32,000 nt of DNA from Pyrodictium occultum. Lineage in GTDB: Archaea > Thermoproteota > Thermoprotei_A > Sulfolobales > Pyrodictiaceae. Location: assembly GCF_001462395.1 (NCBI RefSeq), contig NZ_LNTB01000001.1, positions 1 to 32,000 on the forward strand. The letters run 5' to 3'. The translations under genes and the position numbers were made by a program. Shown one piece after another: positions 15,873-22,628 of the stretch. The notes under the pieces were generated by a model. It saw only the letters and a list, made by a program, of their open reading frames with translations, was not told where the DNA came from and searched no databases. How positions within the stretch are numbered: position 1 is the stretch's first letter; every line of letters begins with the position of its first letter.

Positions 15873-17444
15873 GTGGCGCCGCTCCACCCCCGGGGGCGTG
15901 CCCTGGAGAAGGGGGACCGCATACTAGTAGTCGGGTTCGGCGGCCAGTATATGCACCTCATAGCCCGGAGGCTGCGCGAGCAGGGCTTCTACGCCGAGAT
16001 AGTGCCCCACAGCGCTATCCGGAAGGAGGAGCTGGAGGACCCTAGGGTAAAGGCTATAGTGCTCTCCGGCGGCCCGCCGAGCGTCCACGTCCCCGGCGCA
16101 CCGAGGATCCCCGACTGGGTCCTGGACCTCGGCAAGCCCGTGCTAGGCATCTGCTACGGCTTCCAGCTTCTAGCCGCCATGCTGGGGGGCAGGGTCGAGA
16201 CAGGCTGCGGCGAGTACGGCCGCACCATTGTGAGGGTTCTGGACCCCGGTGACCCCCTCTTCAGGGGCTGGGGGAGCGAGGAGCAGGCCTGGATGAGCCA
16301 CGGCGACTGCGTCCGCGAGCCCCCGCCGGGCTCCAGGCTGCTAGCGGTGAGCGAGAACGGCTACGTGGCCGCCTTCCGGGCCGAGCGGCAGGGCGTGCCG
16401 ATCTACGGCGTCCAGTTCCACCCCGAGGTCTCCCACACGCCGAAGGGGAGGCTGCTGCTCGCCAACTTCGCTAGGCTGGCGGGCGCCGAGGCCTGGTGGC
16501 GGCCGGAGAACCTTGTGGACTCTATAGTGAGAGAGCTGCGGGAGAGAATCCGCGAGGGCAGAGTGCTGGTCGCCGTCAGCGGGGGCGTAGACTCCACCGT
16601 CACGGCTGTGCTGCTGAGGCGCGCTATAGGGGACCGGCTCCTCGCGGTCCTCGTAGACCACGGGTTCTTCAGGGAGGGGGAGGTCGAGGAGACCCTTAGG
16701 ATGTTGAGGAAGGCCGGGGTTGAGCCGCTGCTCGTCGACGCCAGGAGGGAGTTCATGGAGGCGGTTAGAGGGGTCAGGGACCCGGAGGAGAAGAGGCGGA
16801 GGATAGGAGAGACCTTCGCCAGGGTGTTCAAGAGGATAGTCGAGGAGAACCCTGATATAAGGTACCTGGCCCAGGGCACCCTCTACCCGGACGTCATAGA
16901 GTCGGGCGCCGCGCCGGGCGCGGACAGGATCAAGAGCCACCATAACGTGGGCGGGCTCCCTAGCTGGCTCGGCCTAGAGGTGGTGGAGCCCCTCCGCGAG
17001 TTCTACAAGGACGAGGTGAGGAGGCTAGCCCTGGCCCTGGGGCTGCCCCGGGAGCTTGCGTACCGCCACCCCTTCCCTGGGCCCGGGCTGGCGGTCAGGG
17101 TTATAGGCGAGGTTACAGAGGAGAAGCTCGAGATAGCCCGCAGGGCCTCCCGGATAGTCGAGGAGGAGCTGAAGAAGGCGGGGCTCTACGAGAAGGTCTG
17201 GCAAGCCTTCGCCGTCGTGGGGGATGACCGCTGGGTCGGGGTGAAGGGCGACCGCCGCGAGGAGGGCCATATAGTGATAGTGCGTGTCGTGGAGAGCGAG
17301 GACGGCATGACGGCTGACTGGACGAGGCTGCCCTACGATGTGCTGGACAGTATATCAAGGAGGATAACCTCTGAGGTGCCCGGCGTAACAATGGTGGCCT
17401 ACGCCGTCACAACGAAGCCGCCGGCAACGATAGAGCCGCAGTAG
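15873..17444 (+). CDS. guaA: GMP synthase (glutamine-hydrolysing), fused GATase + ATP-PPase form
   Basis: Motifs 'ILVVGFGGQY', 'GICYGFQLL' (catalytic Cys), 'VQFHPE', PP-loop 'VAVSGGVDSTV' and a C-terminal 'KPPATIEPQ'. The start is uncertain. GTG 15873 is the nearest canonical start upstream of the conserved first strand. ATG 15951 would delete that strand. The track ORF start 15468 is a shadow of guaB. Confidence 0.9.
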   Translation: MAPLHPRGRALEKGDRILVVGFGGQYMHLIARRLREQGFYAEIVPHSAIRKEELEDPRVKAIVLSGGPPSVHVPGAPRIPDWVLDLGKPVLGICYGFQLLAAMLGGRVETGCGEYGRTIVRVLDPGDPLFRGWGSEEQAWMSHGDCVREPPPGSRLLAVSENGYVAAFRAERQGVPIYGVQFHPEVSHTPKGRLLLANFARLAGAEAWWRPENLVDSIVRELRERIREGRVLVAVSGGVDSTVTAVLLRRAIGDRLLAVLVDHGFFREGEVEETLRMLRKAGVEPLLVDARREFMEAVRGVRDPEEKRRRIGETFARVFKRIVEENPDIRYLAQGTLYPDVIESGAAPGADRIKSHHNVGGLPSWLGLEVVEPLREFYKDEVRRLALALGLPRELAYRHPFPGPGLAVRVIGEVTEEKLEIARRASRIVEEELKKAGLYEKVWQAFAVVGDDRWVGVKGDRREEGHIVIVRVVESEDGMTADWTRLPYDVLDSISRRITSEVPGVTMVAYAVTTKPPATIEPQ

Positions 17445-17450
17445 AGGAGC

Positions 17451-18347
17451 ATGGAGGCCTTGGCGACGGCTAACCCCGCGATAGTCTGGAGAGGCGAGCC
17501 GATGCGGGAGGAGAGGCTGCCGCCCCTCGTGCCTAGGGGCTGGGTGCTGCTACGCGTCGAGTACGCTCGCTGGTGCCCCCTCGACTCCCTGGCCGCGGCC
17601 GGCGCCATGCCACTCGAGAACGGCACGGTGCTCGGCTGCTCCGGGGTGGGCATTGTGCTCGAGGCCGGGGTCGACGCGGACACGGGCCTGGCCGGCAGGC
17701 GGGTGGCGCCGGCAAGGCTCAGCGCTGACCACCTCCCACCGTTCACTGGCGACGGGTTCCTAGCGGCCTACACCGCCGCGCCCTCCAGTGTCCTAGCCGA
17801 GGTGCAGGGGCCCGACCCCATCTACACCTTCCTCCCCGAGGCCTCCCTGGCCTGCGAGGCCGCAAGAGAGGCCATGGACTCCCACCGGGTGCTTATAGCG
17901 GGGGCAGGGCCCTTCGGGCTCCTAGCCGCGCTCGCCATCTGGGAGGAGGGTGGGCACGTGCTAGTATACGCCGGTAGGAGGGAGGCGAGGGAGGCCGCGC
18001 GGAGCCTGGGACTTGAGGCCGTGGAGAAGCCCCAATCCAGGGTGGACACTGTAGTAGCGGCCACGGCGAGCCTCTATACTCTTGAGAAGCTTATCGAGGC
18101 CACGGTGCCTGGGAAGCTGCTCCTCCACCCCCTGTACACGCAGCAGGCGTGGCCGGGCTGCAGGAGGTGCAGGAGGCTGGAGGCCGTGGTGCTGGAGGGG
18201 GGAGCCCCGGGCTGCGCTAGAAGGCTGCTGGAGAAGGCGAGGCGGCTGATAGAGAGCAATATAGGGGTTGTGGAGGGGCTTGAGCCCCCGCCCCTCGCCG
18301 GGGGCCCGCTCCTCGGCTACGTGTACCGGCTTGGACGAGAAGCCTAG
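17451..18347 (+). CDS. medium-chain dehydrogenase/reductase (zinc-ADH-like) family protein, compact and divergent
   Basis: Rossmann motif 'LIAGAGPFGLLAALA'. The N-terminal 'VLLRVEYARWCPLD...VLGCSGVGIVLEAG' resembles MDR enzymes. However, the 'GHE' His position is Cys and the structural-zinc Cys lobe is absent. The ATG lies 6 nt after the guaA stop. Confidence 0.68.
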   Translation: MEALATANPAIVWRGEPMREERLPPLVPRGWVLLRVEYARWCPLDSLAAAGAMPLENGTVLGCSGVGIVLEAGVDADTGLAGRRVAPARLSADHLPPFTGDGFLAAYTAAPSSVLAEVQGPDPIYTFLPEASLACEAAREAMDSHRVLIAGAGPFGLLAALAIWEEGGHVLVYAGRREAREAARSLGLEAVEKPQSRVDTVVAATASLYTLEKLIEATVPGKLLLHPLYTQQAWPGCRRCRRLEAVVLEGGAPGCARRLLEKARRLIESNIGVVEGLEPPPLAGGPLLGYVYRLGREA

Positions 18348-19558
18348 GCTCCCACCATCTCCCTTACAGCCTCTGCTAGGCGGCGCACACCCTCCCTTAT
18401 CTCCTCCACGCTGGGGTAGCTGAAGTTCAGCCTCATGGTGTTCTCGCCGCCGCCGTTGGGGTAGAACGCGTCCCCCGGCACGAATACCACGCCCTTCTCG
18501 ACAGCCTTCTCGAGCAGCCTACGGCTGTTGATGCTCTCCGGCAGCCATACCCAGACGAAGAGCCCGCCTATGGGTCTTGTCCACCTAGCCCCCTCCGGCA
18601 TGTACTCTTCCAGGGCCTCCAGCATGGCGTCCCGCTTCTCCCTGTACAGCTTCTTTATGAACGGTATATGCTTGTCTATCACGCCGCGGTTCATAGCCTC
18701 CGCCGCTATGAACTGGCTCAGGCTCGGGGTGTGGAGGTCTATGCTCTGCTTCACTAGCTCCATCTTGGCTATCACGGGCTCCGGGCCTATGGCCCAGCCG
18801 AGCCTCAGGCCGGGGGCGAGGATCTTGCTGACAGTGCTCATATATATGACCCTGCCGCTCTTGTCCAGCGTCTTGAGCGGCTTTACATCCCTCTCCTCGA
18901 AGGCTATGAAGCTGTAGGGGTCGTCCTCCACCACGAGGAGGTCGTACTCCTCGGCGAGCTCCAGCAGGTGGCGGCGCCTATCCATGGGCAGAGTGGTCCC
19001 GGCGGGATTGTGGCAGGTGGGCACAGTATAGATCAACTTAATCCTGAGCCTCTCGCTCCTAGCCCTCCTAAGCACCTCCTCCAGCTTGTCAGTCCGCATC
19101 CCCTCCTCGTCTATCGGCACAGTGAGGAACCTGGCGCCGGTGACCCGGAAGGCCTGGAGCATGCCCAGGTAGGTAGGCTCCTCCGTCACCACGTAGTCGC
19201 CGGGATCCAGCAGGGCCTGGCCGACGAGGTAGAGGGCCTGCTGGCTGCCCACCGTGGCTATTATACCGTCGGAGTCGCTCACCGCAACCCCGTGCCGCTC
19301 GGAGAACTTCCTCACCGCCTCGAGGAAGTGGGAGACACCCCTGGTCGGGCTGTACTGGAGCGCCTTCTCGCCATACCTCTCCACAACCTCGGAGGCTATA
19401 CGGGCTATCTCGTCGCGGGGGAAGCTCCTGGGGTCCGGCAGGCCGCCCGCAAGGCTTATCACGCCGCCCTTCTCGACCACCTTGAGCAGCTCACGTATAT
19501 CGGACGCCCTAGCCTCCCTCGCGTAGGAGGAGTAGAACTTCGAGTAGTCCACCATCAT
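18344..19558 (-). CDS. PLP-dependent aminotransferase, class I/II (LysN/aromatic-type subgroup is inference)
   Basis: Motifs 'LAGGLPDP', 'YSPTRG', 'PTCHNPAGTT' and 'STVSKILAPGLRLGW' (PLP lysine). 404 aa. Confidence 0.88.
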   Translation of the reverse strand: MMVDYSKFYSSYAREARASDIRELLKVVEKGGVISLAGGLPDPRSFPRDEIARIASEVVERYGEKALQYSPTRGVSHFLEAVRKFSERHGVAVSDSDGIIATVGSQQALYLVGQALLDPGDYVVTEEPTYLGMLQAFRVTGARFLTVPIDEEGMRTDKLEEVLRRARSERLRIKLIYTVPTCHNPAGTTLPMDRRRHLLELAEEYDLLVVEDDPYSFIAFEERDVKPLKTLDKSGRVIYMSTVSKILAPGLRLGWAIGPEPVIAKMELVKQSIDLHTPSLSQFIAAEAMNRGVIDKHIPFIKKLYREKRDAMLEALEEYMPEGARWTRPIGGLFVWVWLPESINSRRLLEKAVEKGVVFVPGDAFYPNGGGENTMRLNFSYPSVEEIREGVRRLAEAVREMVGA

Positions 19559-19587
19559 AAGGCACCCCGTTCACCGGCCCCCACGGC

Positions 19588-19599
19588 TATTCTTAAACA
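19588..19599 (-). promoter_or_regulatory. TATA-like box (TGTTTAAGAATA on the - strand) for the aminotransferase gene
   Basis: The A/T-rich element is centred about 35 nt upstream of ATG 19558, implying a very short leader. Confidence 0.45.
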
Positions 19600-19632
19600 C
19601 TACCCGCTGCGCAGCCCTTCGGCGCCAAAGGT

Positions 19633-19644
19633 TATCACGTGATA
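19633..19644. promoter_or_regulatory. perfect 12-bp palindrome TATCACGTGATA upstream of the Cas4-like gene
   Basis: The sequence reads identically on both strands. Its centre is about 35 nt upstream of ATG 19674, where a TATA/BRE or an operator would be expected. Confidence 0.4.
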
Positions 19645-19673
19645 CCCGCCCAGCCACGCCACGAGGACCCGCT

Positions 19674-20390
19674 ATGCCGGATGGCCTCGAGGAAGTGCTT
19701 GAGAACGTGAGGCTGGTGCTGGAGGCTGTCTCCAAGGGCGAGTACTGCTGCCTCCGCTTCGGCCTCCCCTATGTCACCCCCGGGCTCCTGGCCAGCCAGG
19801 CCCTCTGCGAGAAGAGGCTGGAGTACGAGCTGCTCGGGGAGCAGGAGCCGGGCGCGAAGAGGGCGAGCGAGGCCCGCAAGCTCGTCGAGGTGCTCCTCGA
19901 GGCGAGGCGCCGCATACCCCCGGGAGCGGGCTCCTTCACCCTCTCCATACCCGTGGCCGCTGTGGTTGAGGGGGTGCCGGTGATAGGCAGGCCCCACGCA
20001 GTCCACGTGAGGAATGGCAGAGTGGCGGCTGTGGTCGTGGGGAAGATCTCTGGGAGGCCAGGCAGGCTCTATCCAAGCGACAAGGTGAGGCTCTACGCCT
20101 ACGCCCTCACCCTGGAGCGCGCAGGGTTCCCGATGAGCAGTGGCACCAGGCTCGTGCTCGCAGCCGCCCGCGACAATCGGAGCCTGATCGCACTGCTCTC
20201 CGGGCTCGACCTATCCAGGGTGAGGCCCGTGGCTGGCGACGGGGCTGCACTCCATGTGCTGGCCCACGACCCGGACCTGGAGCTGGAGATGCTTGCACCC
20301 CTATTGGCGTACTGGAGGGGAGAGAGGCAAGCTGCAGTAAGGAGGGGGCGTTGGTGCGCCTCCTGCCCCTTCCGCGAGAGATGCGGCTAG
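19674..20390 (+). CDS. Cas4-like PD-(D/E)XK / RecB-family protein with Fe-S cysteines and a degenerate active site
   Basis: 238 aa. The N-terminal 'VTPGLLASQALCEKRLEY' and the C-terminal 'WCASCPFRERC' (CX2CX5C) match the four-Cys cluster layout of Cas4. 'GRPHAV...AAVVVGKIS...KVRLYAYAL' aligns with Cas4 'GR.D.i...viE.K.s...QlqiY' with D, E and Q replaced. Confidence 0.62.
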   Translation: MPDGLEEVLENVRLVLEAVSKGEYCCLRFGLPYVTPGLLASQALCEKRLEYELLGEQEPGAKRASEARKLVEVLLEARRRIPPGAGSFTLSIPVAAVVEGVPVIGRPHAVHVRNGRVAAVVVGKISGRPGRLYPSDKVRLYAYALTLERAGFPMSSGTRLVLAAARDNRSLIALLSGLDLSRVRPVAGDGAALHVLAHDPDLELEMLAPLLAYWRGERQAAVRRGRWCASCPFRERCG

Positions 20391-20881
20391 TAGGGTCTGC
20401 CCAGCATCTTCAACGCGTTGTCAAGCACCTTGTTGAACAGGGAGGCGTAGAGCGCTGAGTGGAGCCCGAAGGTTATAAGGTTGAGCATTATGTCTAGAGG
20501 CGTAGCATTAACCCTGCCCTTCAAGCCGTCGCAGCGGCTGAGCAGGTACAGCGTGTAGTATATCGGGACCACGTAGCCCAGCGGGGCGGCACCGACTGCA
20601 AACACGAGGCCGGAGGGCTTCGCAAGCCCACAGGCCTCGGAGATGCTTAGAGCGAGCCTATACAACTGGTAGACCCCCGAGGCCACCACGGGGAGGCTGG
20701 AGAGGTAGAGTGCAGCAAACACATCCTCTACAAGGCCGGTGCGCGCCCCCATGTTGAGGAGCAGTAGGGGCACAAGGCTGGAGAGGGACGCCAGGACCCC
20801 CGCGAGCGTTATACCGCCCCTAGGAGCCTCGGAGACTATCATCCTCTTGGCCCGGTATGGTATCTCCCCAGTCTCGCCCAT
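20387..20881 (-). CDS. small integral membrane protein (about 4 TM helices), unknown function
   Basis: 164-aa ORF with hydrophobic stretches (LAGVLASLSSLVPLLLL, VFAALYLSSLPVVASGVY, LVFAVGAAPLGYVVPIYYTLYLL, IMLNLITFGLHSALYASLF). It has its own upstream A/T-rich element. Confidence 0.6.
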   Translation of the reverse strand: MGETGEIPYRAKRMIVSEAPRGGITLAGVLASLSSLVPLLLLNMGARTGLVEDVFAALYLSSLPVVASGVYQLYRLALSISEACGLAKPSGLVFAVGAAPLGYVVPIYYTLYLLSRCDGLKGRVNATPLDIMLNLITFGLHSALYASLFNKVLDNALKMLGRPY

Positions 20882-20920
20882 GGCCCAGCCACACCAGTAC
20901 GGGCAGCGCTGGACTACACA

Positions 20921-20938
20921 CCTTTAAGGCATAAAACG
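20921..20938 (-). promoter_or_regulatory. TATA-like region (CGTTTTATGCCTTAAAGG on the - strand) for 20387..20881; its T4 run may also terminate the KaiC-like gene
   Basis: A/T-rich patch 40-57 nt upstream of ATG 20881. Confidence 0.45.
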
Positions 20939-21062
20939 CTCTTACCGGCCCTCCTACCACCGGACGGCGGTGTGGTGCGCCTGCGACGACGATACCGCAG
21001 CCCCACACTGAGCGGGGCTGCGGGATGCTGATGAAGAGCCGTGCCGAAGCCGTCCAGCCACT

Positions 21063-21839
21063 CTAGGGCCCACCCACAGCCTCCTCCAACACGCCCCGCC
21101 TAGTTATGCGGAGCACCTTGTTGTGGTAGATCACTATCCCCTTGTCGGTTATCTCGAAGGGGTGCCTCCTCATACTATGCTTGGTGCCCCTCATCTTCCA
21201 TACTATGAGGCTGCGCTTTAGCTCGCCCTCGATCTCGTCAAGGTCTAGCCTTATGATGCCATCAGCCGCGTGCTCGACGCCGGGGCCGCCGAAGCCCCTC
21301 TCGGTGACGGACACCTGGCTCACCAGGAAGCTCGTCGTGCCGAGCCCGCTTAGCACCCTCTTCAGCATCATCACCACGCTGCGCGCCACACTGGGCTTGG
21401 TGAGGTAGAGTGTGGACACGGAGTCTATAGCCACCCGCTGGGCTCCGGTATCCCTTATGGCCTCCTTAAGCACGTCTATCAGAAGCCCCACGTCGCTGGG
21501 GTCGCGTACGACGTAGCGCTCCCTCTTAGCAGCCTCTCCTATCCCGCCGGTGAAGGCATCTACAATGGCGAAGACTCCCTCCTTCTCGTAGGGCCTCACA
21601 TCCCAGCCGAACTGGCTCATGTTTATCCTTATCTGGACGGGGTGCTCCTCGAGCGCGACATATACCCCGGGCTCCCCCATCTGGAGCCCGTTCCAGAGGT
21701 ACTGCTGGCTCATGATGGTCTTGCCGGTGCCCGGGCCTCCGCTGAGGAGGACAACGTTCCTCCGGGGTATGCCGCCGTAGAGTATCTCGTCAAACCCGGG
21801 TATACCCGTCTTAACACGCTCAGCCATGGCCGGGTTCAC
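21063..21839 (-). CDS. single-domain KaiC-like / RecA-superfamily ATPase
   Basis: Motifs '[18 protein letters not shown]', Walker A 'SGGPGTGKT', 'YVALEE' and Walker B-like '[10 protein letters not shown]'. 258 aa. GTG 21839 lies about 26 nt from a TATA-like box. ATG 21827 is an alternative start. Confidence 0.88.
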   Translation of the reverse strand: MNPAMAERVKTGIPGFDEILYGGIPRRNVVLLSGGPGTGKTIMSQQYLWNGLQMGEPGVYVALEEHPVQIRINMSQFGWDVRPYEKEGVFAIVDAFTGGIGEAAKRERYVVRDPSDVGLLIDVLKEAIRDTGAQRVAIDSVSTLYLTKPSVARSVVMMLKRVLSGLGTTSFLVSQVSVTERGFGGPGVEHAADGIIRLDLDEIEGELKRSLIVWKMRGTKHSMRRHPFEITDKGIVIYHNKVLRITRRGVLEEAVGGP

Positions 21840-21860
21840 CCGTTCCGGGGAGTTACTAGG

Positions 21861-21900
21861 GGTATATGGCTAGGTTAAAATGATATCCATAAAGAGAATC
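21861..21900. promoter_or_regulatory. A/T-rich divergent promoter region between the KaiC-like gene and 21974..22474
   Basis: 'ggtatatggctaggttaaaatgatatccataaagagaatc' is about 35% G+C by my count, the most A/T-rich 40 nt seen in the window. 'CCATATACC' on the - strand is centred about 26 nt from GTG 21839. A further 'CTTTATCGAG' lies at 21930..21939. Confidence 0.5.
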
Positions 21901-21973
21901 GCCATAGCACCTCTGGGGGCCGCTAGACCCTTTATCGAGAATCCTTGTAGAGGCCCGTGGAGGGGCCGGGGTT

Positions 21974-22474
21974 TTGGCCAAGCAGGCCAGGGAGAAGATT
22001 ACAGCATGGCTTACCGACGCTGGGCTCGTGGTGGCGCCCCTCAACGCCCCGATGCCCTCGAACGCCGAGTGGGGCCTCCTGGTTGCAACGCCTCCTCCTC
22101 TCCAGGTCAAGCTGCGCGTCATAGGGCTGAAGAATGGCGACGTGATCCTCAGCATTGGTGTCAACTTCTCGGAGCAGCATAGGGAGGAGGTTAGGAAGAT
22201 GCCGGTTGAGGAGCGTGTGAGGTTTACCGCCCAGCTGCTTGAAAGGCTAATAGCGGTGTGCCCATACTGCCGCGTGGCGCTCAATGGTAGTATAGACTCT
22301 CCGGAGGCTATTGTAGCCGAGGTGCTCTTATCCGGGGACGAGGTCTCCAGGCAGAGGATTATGGACGGTGTGGCCAGGCTTGTCAACCTGTTCCTCATGG
22401 TTAACGCTGTACTCTGGGAGAGGTTCCCGGGCACCGTGGCTGGCAAGGAGCCGCAGAGCCAGTCCTTCATATAG
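21974..22474 (+). CDS. hypothetical protein, divergent partner of the KaiC-like gene
   Basis: 166-aa ORF (TTG start) with an ordinary alpha/beta-looking composition and one 'CPYC' motif. The fully overlapping antisense ORF 21856..22470 is Ser/Thr-rich and looks like a shadow. A possible resemblance to small archaeal DUF/YbjN-like proteins is only a guess. Confidence 0.6.
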   Translation: MAKQAREKITAWLTDAGLVVAPLNAPMPSNAEWGLLVATPPPLQVKLRVIGLKNGDVILSIGVNFSEQHREEVRKMPVEERVRFTAQLLERLIAVCPYCRVALNGSIDSPEAIVAEVLLSGDEVSRQRIMDGVARLVNLFLMVNAVLWERFPGTVAGKEPQSQSFI

Positions 22475-22628
22475 GCTCCAGGCTTGCGGGTGACGGGGCC
22501 AAGCAGCTATAGGCCCCATCCCGCCGCCATAGACCCCCGGCTCTCCCTCCAGGCCCTAGAGGACTGGAGGCTCCCCGGCTCTCCTCTACGCCGAGGCCCG
22601 GGGGAGTGCTGGTCGGAGGCCCCGAGGC

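Noticed and set aside
15809-15961. N-terminal extension of guaB to 15961, and extension of guaA back to 15468
   Set aside because: The extensions overlap each other on opposite strands, precede the conserved N-termini of both families, and are Pro/Arg/Ser-rich. They are artefacts of taking the longest ORF.
19674-20390. Cas4-like gene as evidence of a CRISPR-Cas locus
   Set aside because: There is no repeat-spacer array and no cas1/cas2 or effector gene anywhere in the 32 kb. I treat it as a solo Cas4-family gene.
20996-21020. 8-bp GC stem (GCAGCCCC / GGGGCTGC, 9-nt loop) 43 nt after the KaiC-like stop
   Set aside because: It could be a 3'-end structure, but no T-run follows directly, and it is not distinguishable from chance in this composition.
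21856-22470. 204-aa - strand ORF almost exactly covering 21974..22474
   Set aside because: Its Ser/Thr/Leu-rich translation has no motifs. The + strand ORF has normal protein-like composition and a TATA-like box upstream. I kept the + strand call, though without a homology search this choice is not certain.
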